Origin: Anolis carolinensis
Taxonomy: Eukaryota
Assembly: GCF_035594765.1 (NCBI RefSeq)
Contig: NC_085846.1
Location: 20,695,190-20,759,189 of the forward strand
Direction: 5' to 3'
DNA length: 64,000 bases
Within the stretch, counting starts at the first letter, position 1; each line of letters starts with the position of its first letter. The position numbers and the translations under genes were made by a program. Below the pieces are notes generated by a model, which was not told where the DNA came from, did no database searches, and saw nothing but the letters and a program-made list of their open reading frames with translations. Shown here one piece after another: positions 50,546 through 63,015 of this stretch.

Positions 50546-51738
50546 TGTCATTGTGATATGAATCCATTGTCTTTTATCATTTTTCCTCCTTTCTCCTTTT
50601 TTTTTTTGCAAGAACACTTGTGATGAAAAGAAAAACCTCTAATAAACTGCATTTCTGTTTTTTCCAAGGCACACAAACAAGAGTGTGATTGAAAATGTAA
50701 AATTATATATTGGAAAATTATGTATTGTTGCAAAAGTATGAGTTAAATCACAAAAATACTGACAACATAGAAATGTTTCTTTTTGTTTTACCCAGAACCC
50801 TCAATTCTACTTCTTCCATAGGATCAATTAGGACCAAAACAGTACTTTTACTTTAGAACAAGAGCTGTGGGGCTAATCTCTTGCAAAGGTTAATTTTTAA
50901 AAAGTCCTTTGGCTTTTACATCTGTACTTTATACAGCAAATGGTTGTCAATTCAAGTAATGAAATACTATTTTGCACTTTAAAAGGTAGACAAGGAATAA
51001 TAAATTCAGACAGGACCCTTACAGAGGCAAAGAAGTAAAATAGTTGTTGTCAACATTTCTGGTCTCCAGATGTTTTGGACTACCCCTCAGAATTGTGTTA
51101 TCTTTTGCATGATTCATCCTCCTTTCTCTGAGCAGGGAAAGCATGATGGCAGCACAGCCTCATGTGGACAACAAACCAATCCAAATCAGACCTAATTCAT
51201 CCACGCACATTGCCCTGAGCCCAAAGCTAATTTAACCTAGGATAACCTGCATACTCACTGGTAATACAGGCATGTTATGAAGTCAGCCAAGAGTCAATTC
51301 AGGCTAAATTTGGAGTTTTATGGCCATGCAGATTTGCTTAAAGACATCTAGATTGGCACTGTGTTCTGAAGTAAACTTCTGTCTTCATTTCACTGATGCC
51401 TCCACACCTGAACCTAAGTTCCTACTTTGCAAGGGCAAGTTTTCCCTACACATCACACCAGGATTCTCATTTAGTTAAAGTCCTATACACTTGTCATAGA
51501 TTAAAACGAAACATAAAATGTAGCTGTGAGCAAAGGGAATGTCTTTTTCAGCCATTAACATCTTGCCTTGACTGTACCATGGAGTTATCATTCTTAATGC
51601 AGTAGCAATGCCCTGACAATTCTGTTCCATTGCTAATTGGCTAATTTGTTCCATTGTGTCCAGTTGAAAAGTAATGATGCTTTTGATTGCACATTGACTT
51701 TAAATATAGCTCATTTCATGTTTAAATCTTTTGAAATA

Positions 51739-52698
51739 CTAAATGTATGTTTTTCTTTGAACACAGTGTAAAATATTTCTAAATGCCTGCTTCACCTCTT
51801 TGTTTCTTAATGTGTAGATAAAAGGATTTAGCAATGGAGTCACAATTGTGTTTAAGATGTTCACTATTTTTGTTATTTCTGATGGCACCTGTTTGGAAGG
51901 CTTGACAAACAAAAAAACAGTGGAGCCATACCAAATGATCACAACAGCAAGGTGGGAGAAGCATGTCGAAAAGGCCTTTTGCTGTCCTTTAGCTGAAGGG
52001 ATGTGCAGGATGATGGAAATGATGGAAATGTAGGAAAGAAGAGTTATCACACAGGAACCCAAGATTACTATAATAGATATGACAAAAACCACCATCTCAA
52101 TGTCATATGTGTCAGTGCAGGAGAGACCAATCCAGGAATCAATGTTACAGTAGAAATGATTGATCACACTGGGGCCACAGAAAGATAGCCTTGTGATCAG
52201 AAAGGCTGGTATAGAAATTATGAAGAATCCACAGAGCCATGAAGCAGCTGCCAACTTTCTTGAGAGACTGATGCTCATCCTAGTGTGGTAGTGCAAAGGA
52301 TAACATATGGCCAAATATCGATCATATGCCATGGCAGATAACAAGAAATATTCTGTGCATCCAAAGGCAAAAACAAAATACATCTGCAAAATGCAGCCCA
52401 TGAATGAAATATTTCCACTTTTTCCTAGTAATACGCTGAGGGTCTTAGGAATAGACGCTGTAGTATACCAAATCTCTAGAAAGGAGAGGTTACAAAGCAA
52501 GAAATACATGGGAGTATGGAGAGGACTATTTGTTGTTACTAGAAGGATGATGGCTGTGTTTCCCAAAAGAGTCAAGATATACATGAAAAGTAAAAGGATA
52601 AAGATAAAACACTTTAAATACTGAGACACAGAGAAGCCAACAAGAATGAATTCCTCAACTCTTGTTTCATTTGGGGTTGCTTCATTTTTCTCTTCCAT
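51739..52698 (-). CDS. OR6F1-like: Olfactory receptor, OR6F1-like, 319 aa
   Basis: ATG at 52698 (MEEKNEATPNET); acceptor ttgttttggcag ends at 52713. LSFLEIWYTT, QMYFVFAFGCTEYFLL, IWYGSTVFL and LNTIVTPLLNPFIYTLRNKEV closely match OR6F1 as recalled. Confidence 0.95.
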   Translation of the reverse strand: MEEKNEATPNETRVEEFILVGFSVSQYLKCFIFILLLFMYILTLLGNTAIILLVTTNSPLHTPMYFLLCNLSFLEIWYTTASIPKTLSVLLGKSGNISFMGCILQMYFVFAFGCTEYFLLSAMAYDRYLAICYPLHYHTRMSISLSRKLAAASWLCGFFIISIPAFLITRLSFCGPSVINHFYCNIDSWIGLSCTDTYDIEMVVFVISIIVILGSCVITLLSYISIISIILHIPSAKGQQKAFSTCFSHLAVVIIWYGSTVFLFVKPSKQVPSEITKIVNILNTIVTPLLNPFIYTLRNKEVKQAFRNILHCVQRKTYI

Positions 52699-52991
52699 TT
52701 GCTCTCTTTTGCCTGCCAAAACAAATCAATGAATTAATGCATAGGGCTGGATTTTTAAAAAAACAGTCATATTTTTATCTCTTGAAATTAGTAATTGGTC
52801 CTGACTTCCATATTAAATTAGTCATGGCTATCATAAGATACCTTTATTGCATTCTTCCTTCTATAAGTATGTTTGTCTCTGGATTCAAGCCATTGCAGCA
52901 TTCTCCACCTTCACTACCACTGCTGTTATACAAAAAGCTCTACACAACTTGGGACCTAAGTACAGATAGATTAACTAGTTACCCTTTAACC

Positions 52992-53118
52992 CAGTGGTTC
53001 TCAACCTGTGTGTCCCCAAATGTTTTGGCCTTCAACTCCCAGAAATCTGGTAATCTGGCTGGGATTTCTGGGGGTTATACGCCAAAACACCTGGAGAACA
53101 ATAGGCTGAGAACCACTG
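52992..53118. mobile_element. hAT-type MITE, same family as 1363
   Basis: TIRs CAGTGGTTCTCA / TGAGAACCACTG and perfect 8-bp TSD CTTTAACC. Confidence 0.9.
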
Positions 53119-56100
53119 CTTTAACCTAACCCTAGATTTCAGTCATTGACAAAGACCTTTTTTCCTGTTGTCCAAAATGTCTGAATCAAGATAGATGATT
53201 CTAGGATGTTTCCCCGCCAGTCTAACAATGGATGGGCACACTGCTCATCCCATAACATCACTGGATAAGATAGCTGCACATGGGGCAACGGATTCACCCT
53301 GCTCCTCCTCTGTTTCTTTAGAAAAGTGGGACACTTTGCCTGGTTCATGTGATAAGGTCGTAAATCATTATGATTTTGTTGTTATGTTCCCATCCTGAGG
53401 AATTCTGGGATTTATTTATTTGGGGAGTAGCATTGGATATTTTGAAACCCAATAAATTACAAAACTATAAAACCTAGGATCCTATAGGATGTAGATGTGC
53501 AATAATATAACTACGTAGTGTGAAAGAGCCCTTGGTCTTGGTGCTTAGTTCGGGCTGGTCTGCCTGACCTATGCCTCCTATTGTCCTTTCAACAGAAAAT
53601 GTATTCTAATGTTTCTCTTAAGCTGTAAGCGATTCTTAAAAAATATTACTGGCACTCTCTTTTGCTGTTTTTTATTCTCATTTTATTATTCATCTTTATG
53701 TGATTGCTCTGTGCTACCATAGTAATATGGTAGGATTAAGACTTTTAAAGTAACAATAATTGTATACAGAAAACCATTTGTCTCGATTAATATTAGTGAT
53801 GTAGGTCAGTATAAATCTGAAGGTTGATATTCTAAGTCTTTTAGAAAAATCACTTATGTTTCCATTTGTGTTAAGTAATTGTTGTCCCCCCAATAAAACC
53901 TCCCTCACTTTTTATTATGAAGCTGTTTTCTACATTAATTGATGTTCCAGAATGCATAAACTACCTTATTATCCCCCAAAAATGTATTTCACATTTTCAG
54001 TCATATTTCTTGTGCTCTGTAATATAAATAATTAGGTATACCACCTATAGTGTTTATAGGTGTACTATAATAATTCCAATAGACATTGTACAATTCAGTA
54101 GTTGGACTTTGATTCTATAGAACACAGAACTAATGCTATCAGCATTTGGAGAGTGTCATACAGTCTGAGATATATTGAAATGAATTTTGATGCTCCAGAC
54201 ATTTTTGCCCAGAAAATAGTTTTTGCATACCCCTCAATACTTCAGAGGTAGTTTTGCTGGTTACTTCCTATGAAATAAAATATAGAAGCAGAATATAAAA
54301 AGAAAAAGAATTAACTGGATGTACAGCTTTGGGATTAAACAATATAAAACCTGTAGTAAGCTGTATTAAATTTTATATTCAGAAATAAATTAGAAAATAG
54401 AATTACTTACCCACTACATCATGCCATATTTTATTTGGATCAATCTTCTAATTGTATCATTTTGTATATACGCTGTTATCCATTCATCCTATCTTTCAAT
54501 CATATACATATTTACTTCCTTACAGTTTTCATCACCAAACACCATTAGACTGAATCTCTTACTGCTCATACTTACCCAGCCTAAAATTATGCTCTCTTGT
54601 ATAGCTTTTTGCAATACGAAAAGCAGGAAAATAAAAAGCCCATATATTTCATCATACCACGGGTAATCTTGATATTTCATTTAACTTTTTTGGAAGAGGT
54701 GGGATCCAAAAATGTACACAATCTAGGAAGACATTTTAACATGTACACTATTCTCTATGGATTTATAGAGTAATGTCTCTCAAGGCAAACTATTTACTAT
54801 AAGAAAAAGAGGGCATCATGGGAATTTAAAAGATAGATAAAGAACATGGAACCAATTATAAGTTCTCTATGGTTTAAGAAGGTATTCTAATTATTGTAGT
54901 AGATTTCGATGATCATACATATACGAAGTTACCATATTGTTAAAGAGAACCTCAATTCTCTATGTGTTCTTTCTCATTTGACTTTGGCATTGCCAACCAG
55001 GCATAAGAGAAAGAATTATAAAGGTTTAATAAGATCTCATGATTTCCAGAAATAAACAAAATAAAGGAAAACATAGAGGGGAAACAAATATTCAGAGATA
55101 CAACCCCCCAAAATAGATTATTGAGAATCCATGTTCCATGAGCACCAAATGTTTAGTAACATTTTTCAGAGAGCATGGGAAACTTGGAAAGAGAATGGAA
55201 AATCTGATTGGCCGTCAGTGCTAGAGCCATGATATTTGGGAGGTGAATGCAAGGAATGGAATCAGGCCCCTGCTGCCTTCTGTTCCATGGAACTACTGTT
55301 TTGCTCCACATGGCTGTGATTTTTCTATCTCCCGCTATCAATGACATAAGCAACTCAGCCCTCTCTTCCAAAGTCTCAAAGTATATACAAGCAGAAGGTG
55401 CCACTGCTGGTGCATGCTAGCATTCTCTTTGTATGTTCAGCCCAAAGGGGTGACTCCAAAGGGAGGGGTCACCCTTTGGGGGTCACTACTTGGAGAGAAT
55501 AAAAGGGCAGGGATACCATCCTTTGTTCCTTTTAATACATATGTACACTTGTATGTGTGATTTAATATTGTGTGTACATTTGGGTGAAGCTCCAGGTTGG
55601 GGGAGGGATGAGATGGTACTCTTGAAGGAGTCTTGGACAGGTGGAAGTAAGCTGCCAGGAGCTGGACATATGAGAGGTGAAAGATAAGATACTTCACATT
55701 TGTTCTATATTTCTGTCATTCTATCATTTCCCCTCAAGATTCAGGTTATCATATCAGATCACCTTCTAATTTGTTGGTGCTGCTCTTGAATGATAGGTTA
55801 GTTTCCAAAAAAAAAAAATCAACCACCACTCATGACATGATGGTAGGTGAAGGGGCCAACCTGCTATATATCACATAGACTGAAGTGGATGAATTGGAGG
55901 AATTAATCTCTCTCAACTTTATTCACCTAGATATTTAGAACTTGGAGGGCCAAATGGGAGCCGAAGAGGAGGTGATGAGCACATTTAGGAGCCCAAAGAA
56001 GTGGGATGGCAATGGGGACTGACCTCCGAGATTGCAGAAGCAGCCTCGGGAGTCAACAAACCCGGACCTTTCAGTAAGGCCTATATTTGTCGAGGTGTTT

Positions 56101-56949
56101 AAATAATGTGGAGTAAACCGTAAAAAAAAAGAAAGAACTGGCAAAAACACCTCTGAGTTTTCCTTATATAAGAAAATCTTTTAAAATGCATGGAGTCACT
56201 ATAAATGAACAAGTGGTTGAATACACATATGCACACACAAGTATGCTGGGCTTATCCCTACTTTATGTGTTCCTGTAGATGTCCTTATGAAGAAAGCAAC
56301 TTTATGAAATACAGTTCTGTCTGTGTTATGAAGACCATAGAACACAATAAGGGAGACATATGCATGTATGATAAGCCCACCTCCTTTATTTAAGCATCAT
56401 CATTAATGAATATACAAAATGAGCAAAAGACTCCCAAATTCCAGTCTATATGAACCACAATTAAACATTGCATGGATGTTTATTTCTTAGATATTAAAAT
56501 ATCAAAATTAATCATACAAATAATACAATAATTACAGAATAAAAAAGCAGTGATATCTACAAAGGATAGTGATATATAGCCACAGTTAAAAGCAACAACA
56601 TAAACATAATGTTCAATACTTAAAAATATTAAAGTAACCATATTTATAATAGTGAAATTGAGCAAAACAACAAATGCTTCACATCCATGGAGATTAAAAA
56701 CCATATAATCAGCTAGTAAACAATAAAATAAATGGCAAATTTGAAATTTTGATGTTATTTAAAACAAAACACTCTTCTAATGTGATTCGTTGCATTCCAT
56801 CAGAAGCCTCAACCTATTTCTAACAATCTCCTATTACAAAGAATTTCCTGATTATTTCATTGAACCTAGTATAGTAGTAGCAATGAACATTTTCGGTTTC
56901 TCCATTTTGAGTTTCAGGTTCAATATTAGAGCTTACTGCTAATGAAGAA

Positions 56950-58273
56950 TTAATTCTTTTGTGACAGAACTTGATCACAAAAAATTCCAGCTGAACAAAT
57001 TTTTGGACAGGATGACAATGAATAATTTGGAATTGCATAGGACCCATGTATCGTAGCTGAAATATTACCGAGTAGTTTACTCAGAGTTTCCTTAACCTCC
57101 TTATTCCTCAAGCTATATACTATTGGATTAAACATGGGAGTCAGGACAGTATATAGTAAGGAAAGTATTTTGTTTAATTCTACTGATTCTGTCCCTGTAG
57201 AGACTGCATATGTAATTCCTAGTGTTCCATAGAAAGTACTTACCACAATCAAATGAGAACTACAAGTGGAAAATGCTTTCTTCTTTCCAGAGGAAGTTGG
57301 AATTTTTAAAATAGACAATATAATACAGATGTATGAGGTGATGGTCAAGATGAAAGGACACAAGGACACTGCAAAACATGCTACAAAGATGGCCACTTCT
57401 GCCAGGTGGGTGTCAGAGCAAGACAATTTCAACAAGGGTGTCAAGTCACAAAAAAAAATGATCAATATGATTAGGACCACAAAGTGTTAAAGATGAGGAT
57501 ACAATCAAATTCAAACCAGCAGCTGAGAAGAAACCCCATAACCATGTACAGACCATTAATTTAAGGCAAGTGTTCAAATTCATCAACTTGGTATAGTGAA
57601 ACGGGTTACAGATGGCAAGATAGCGATCATAGGACATAAGCAACAGAAGAAAACATTCAACAGTTCCAAGAGCACAGAAAATGTAGAGCTGTATAATGCA
57701 ACCTGTCACTGAAATGGATTTCTCCTTTCTCAATAAATCAACCAGCATCCTAGGGGTGATGTTTGAAGTATACCATATGTCCAGGAATGATAAGTTGCTG
57801 AGAAAAAAATACATTGGAGTGTGGAGTCTCCTATCAAAAGAGACAGCTACTAAAAAGAAAGAATTCCCAATTATTGTTAAAGCATATATTCCTAAAAACA
57901 GCAGAAAGATAAGAAATCGAAGTTCTTCTAGATTTCCAAAACCATGGAGTATTAAAAAAGTCATTGTTGTCCCGTTTCTATGTACACCATCTTTTAGAAT
58001 GTCCTAATTAGGGGAGAAAGAGATATTTATGAAATTAATATTTTTATGTAATTATAAATTATGCACAAATTTGTTTTGTTCGAAAGTGTATGATTCAGTT
58101 CATATTTTTTTATACTGAATGTTTAACTATATAGTAGTTTCAGAAAATGTATTGTTACTTATACAGTTATCAGACACCTGAGAGAGATTACACACACACA
58201 TTTGCCAATGTCTACAAATTTAGAATCTCTATTCACTATGATTAAAGATGTTCTCATTGACTCTTACCTTCAT
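56950..58273 (-). pseudogene. OR11L1/OR11A-like olfactory receptor with a +1 frameshift in a T9 run (pseudogene or assembly error); predicted coding exons 58273-58268 and 58003-56950
   Basis: ORF 57964-57446 (TM1-TM4) and ORF 57480-56950 (TM5-TM7) join at DHFF|CDL if one base of A9 (57450-57458) is removed. No other disabling lesion was seen. Confidence 0.88.
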
Positions 58274-59784
58274 TAGTATTTTTTCTTTAATTCTGAAGAC
58301 AATCCAGTGATACAGGTACCTGTTTCATTCACGTTAGACCCAGCTGGCAACTTGATTTAAACTTTTTACTGTGGCTTTTAAGCATATCTTCATATATTTT
58401 GTCTTGTTGGCTGGTTGGTTGACATGAATAAGTATTTTGAATTCATTTCCTTTGTGACAGATAAACTGTACTTTCATTAGATTGCAACGGATTTCACTAA
58501 AGAACTCTTCTCTGAACAAAGGCTGTATTGATAAAGAGAAGCACCAAAAATATAGATTTTGAAGGCTGTGAATGGTTATTGTTTTTAATGGTGATATTTG
58601 ATATCAAATTTGCTATGAAGCAGTCCTACAAAAAGTGCAGGTCTAGGAACTGTCGGCTACTGGTCTCGAAGGAAGGAAGAAAGAATTGTAACCAATCGGT
58701 ACAAATAGAATAACAACCTCTGGACAGATAGGAAAAAATAAGTCTGTTATGTTACATATGTTAAGAATTACTATTATATAGAATGGAGTGCCAGATTCAT
58801 AGAACCTGAGCAGAAATCCCTTCAGACTTCAGAAGTGTGTCTCATTGTATAAGCAAAGGCCAATAACAAAGCTGCACTTAATTTCCATTAAAATTAATTG
58901 AAGTAGGCTAGCTATGAGTATTTTTTGTGACTTTGCCTCCCCCTCATATTCACAGTAAGGTATGAATAAATCAGACCTCAATTCTATGTAGTCTTTTGAC
59001 AGAGCAACCTCAATGAGCACAGTGGGATTTGCTTTGGAATGTGCATAGACTTGTACCGTGTTTATCTCAATCTAACTCAAAGTGACTAGAGTACACACAA
59101 CATGGGGAAAATGTTGGTATCTAAATTTCTCAGGAGGAAAAAAAGAAGAAAATAGGATAAAGTAATGTTAACTGTTTTTAGACTGGAATCCTGTTAGTGA
59201 CATAAACATGGGTAACGGGGCATTTGGGACATTGTGTTAAGGCCCATTTGCTAATTCTTTGCCTAGTGCTCAACTGCCTTCTCAGGCATCTGTTAATCCC
59301 TGGAAGTGATACTTTAGGTCTTACCTGATTAACAGGGAGGGAACCAGGCAGCAACACCTATCCTGCTGCAGTTATATAGCTGGGGAAAATAAAATGAGAT
59401 TACTGTTCTACATCTCCAGTGAGTCACTGAGATCTGGGTCAAGAATTTAAGTTTTGTTCTCTGACCTCTATTGCTTTACCCAGGTGGCAGGCTCCTTGGT
59501 TCTTGGCAGTTACCCTGGCAAGGGGAAAAGAGTTATCTATCATGGTATAGTGAAAGACTTCTCCAGTCCTACCCCCATCCCCATGGTCTATCTGCCACAG
59601 AATTGTTGTAGATGGTGAGCAACAGATCCTATTTGATCTTGAACGATAAGCTGAATCACCTTTAGCTAGTACTGGTAGGAGATAACCGGTGAGTACAAGA
59701 TGCTGTCAGCTATATTTCAGGGGAAGGAAGTGGAATCTCTAGTATTTATTCCATTAAAAGCCCTTTGAAATCCATGGAGTCAAC

Positions 59785-60292
59785 ATTTATTTATTTATTT
59801 ACGGCATTTCTACCCCACCTTTCTCACCCAAGAGGAGTCAAAGCGGCTTACAGATCTGGCAAAAATTCAATGCCAATAAAAACACAATATAATACAATAA
59901 AACATAAAGCAGTTTTAAAAAATTACATTAGGCATTACAACACATGAGACAATATACAAAACCTAAAACATATAAAGTGCATAAATACATTCATCCAAAA
60001 TCTTGTGCATAATCCTTGATCCAGATGGTGTCAAAGCCGTAAAGGTTTATTTGTTAAATGCTTTTATGTATAGCCAGGTCTTTAGCTTCTTTCTAAAACC
60101 CAGAAGGGATGGAGCCTGCCAGATGTCGCTGGGGAGAGAGTTCCACAGCCAGGTAGTCACCCCTGAGAAGACCCTGTTTTTTTGTCCCCACCAGTTGCGT
60201 TTGTGAAGCAGGTGGGACTGAGAGCAGGGCCTCCCCAGACGATCTTAAAGTTCTAGTAGGCTCATAGGAGGAGATACGTTCGGACAGGTAAG
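59785..60292 (-). mobile_element. L2 LINE 3' fragment
   Basis: Peptide YLSERISSYEPTRTLRSSGEALLSVPP (L2 ORF2 C-terminus) and an (ATTT)n tail at 59785-59801. Confidence 0.85.
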
Positions 60293-62624
60293 TGAACATG
60301 AATTGATAGCTGACTTGTAGGCAACACCTGAGATGGGACTGAGATTCAGCTGCTAAATAATGACTCAGGGAGGGCTTTCAAATATAATAGCAACCTCCAC
60401 ACATAACATCCTGAGGATTGTAGCGCTTTATGACAAACAAGACAAATATCTCACTCAGGACCTCTTCACACGTGCTGCAGGAATTGCCAGGAATAATGGC
60501 AAATCCGGCGTTGCCCATCTGGGGACGCTGTTGCCTCATGCTTCACATCAGCCGACTCACCCATGTCCCCATCTCACAAGGGGAAGCATCCACTGCCCAG
60601 CTCCACCACCACCCCGTTGATCCAAACCTCCCACATTGCTGTGGTGGTGGTATCTTTGGGCTCACCCGGCTGAAGTTGTAGTGTGTTGTGTAATGGGAGC
60701 TGGTGGGCTCTGCCATAAAGGAGATGGCGAACTGGCACATGTTGCCAATTTCACCCTCATCTGATGAGATCATCACCTTTAAAAAACCAAACCAGCATTC
60801 AATAGCACTGAGTCATGGTGATTAATGTGGTGCCAAACCACTATGATTCTGCAGCATGGATACAATCTTTGAGGGAGGATGGCAACCTTAACATTTCTAA
60901 CTGTTATCCAAGAAAGGAATGGTTTTAATTGGTTGAAAACACTGGAATCATAATGCAGGGCACAGGGATATCCATGTGATTATCGATCACATATATCCCA
61001 TCATATCCTAGGATCCAGGCGAAAAAGGCTTTCAGACAGAGATTTGGTGGTGCAGGTGTATTATGTAAAGTACTGTGTCTTTTTTTGACTCCCTATATAT
61101 AAGGACACTGATCATTACTTCAAGGCCTGATGCCAAAATCAGTATCAGACCAGGGTCTGGCCCATGCACTGAGCATGAACTTTTATCAATGCAAGACTTG
61201 GGGGGCATCTACATAGTTAAATTAATGCAGTTTGACACCACTAGCTCAATGCTATAGAATCCTGGGATTTGTATATATGAAAAATAGTATTGTGCCTTAC
61301 CAAGCTACAACCCCATGATAACTCTAGAACTGAAGTTGTGCCAAACTGCATTAATTCTACAGTATATACACACTCTCTGTCAAGGAGACTAGAACTATCA
61401 TTTTTCTAAAGGGGCATTGAGTATCTTGAGTCAGGCAACTGATTCTGTTTTTATGTGCCACAAAACACAATAAAGGCAATGTTTGATAAAAGAGGTAGTC
61501 GCCCATGCCCTGTCTCCCAAGCCTGCACCTTAAAAAGGCTACCGGTATGTCTATTTTTTTCATTGCAGAATGTTGAGGGCATCGAACCAAAGATTCCTTT
61601 GGGATTATGTGTGAATTAGATTGCAGAGAAAAAATACGATTTAAAGTACTAACCAATCATGTAACACATGCAGTTCTAAAGGTTCGCCTTGGTGCCACCA
61701 GAAGTCAGTGGGTAACACCCCAGTTATTGGATTGCTCATAAGGTTCCGATGTTTTGCCAGGGGAGGCTGAGAAGGAAATCAAGGGTGGCAGGTGATTTTA
61801 CAACTTCCCTCTTGCTCCTTTTCAATTCAACATGGCTTAAATACATTACAGGTTAAATAAAGTACACTTATTCAACCTATTTCTCTGTGTCAGATCTTGT
61901 TATTCAATTGTCATTCAGTAACATTTTTTCCAGATGAAGGAAAGTAAATCAATCAGGGTCTGACACATGTCTATTGGATGCCATCTTATTCTGAGTCTCT
62001 TAGCCTCTTTTCTTGCATCTGTATTTAATCCAGTTACCAGTGTTTGGGGCTAAGTAGGATTATTTTTGAAGATCCACTGTCAACATGATTGGAAAAAAAT
62101 AGAGGGTGGGTTTTTTTGCATCTGGAAACAAGTTTTAGGTGCTAAGATGCTAGAAAGGTTGGGTACACAAAGTTCACAAGTGATTAAATGTGCTTCATGG
62201 GCAATTACTTGTCTTATAATCCTGTGCATAGCTTCTTTGTTCCTGTCTTACTGGATCCAACATTTTGTTTACGCAAATACTGTATACTCAGACCTTGCTT
62301 TGCTAGGAACTCCATATTAATGCAAGGTACAAAAGCTGGAAGATGAGGGTGATATTTATGACTTCTTCTTGCCTGATAAATATATTCTTGAATGGCTCTG
62401 TTATCTGTTTATTTTGTAGTTGTGAAAATTGTACATGCCCTAGCTGATATTCTATCGTGTAAATAAATGTTATAAACTGGAAGTTGCTGCCAATTGTTAG
62501 AGAAATAAGGTTGAACACTGTGAAAGCCACCCACTGTATGGCTAGCAGCTTCCTCCCAGTAGACATAAATCAATGAAAAGTTTCATGAGAACCACTACTC
62601 TTCTTAATATTCTTTTAGCTACAA

Positions 62625-63015
62625 CCCTGTGGGCAGAAAAATCAGGTAATCCCAACAGGATGGCCCCCTACGAGGGTCTTCCTCAAGGGCAAACCAAGAA
62701 TTGGCAACTTGGAAGTCCCTAAACAGACTCAGAAGTGGAGGTGGCAGATCAAAAGACAACCTGGCAAAATGGCACTACCTGGAAGAATCCTCCACCTTGT
62801 GCGATTGTGGAGCAGAACAAACAACTCAGTGCTGCATGCTTGCCCACCATGCCCTGTCTCATGCACAGAGGAAGAACTGTTTACAACTGTAGACAACATG
62901 GTCACTGTTGCCCATTTTTGGTCTAAAATTATTTAGCTGCTTGTGGTCCCTTTATTTTATCAGTTCTATACTTATCTATTTATGCAATGTGTTTGACACG
63001 AATTAAATAAATAAA
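62625..63015 (+). mobile_element. Vingi/Ingi-like LINE 3' fragment
   Basis: Peptide WKSLNRLRSG.GRSKDNLAKWHY...LCDCGAEQT...ACPPCPVSCTEEELF with a (TAAA)n tail. Confidence 0.8.
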
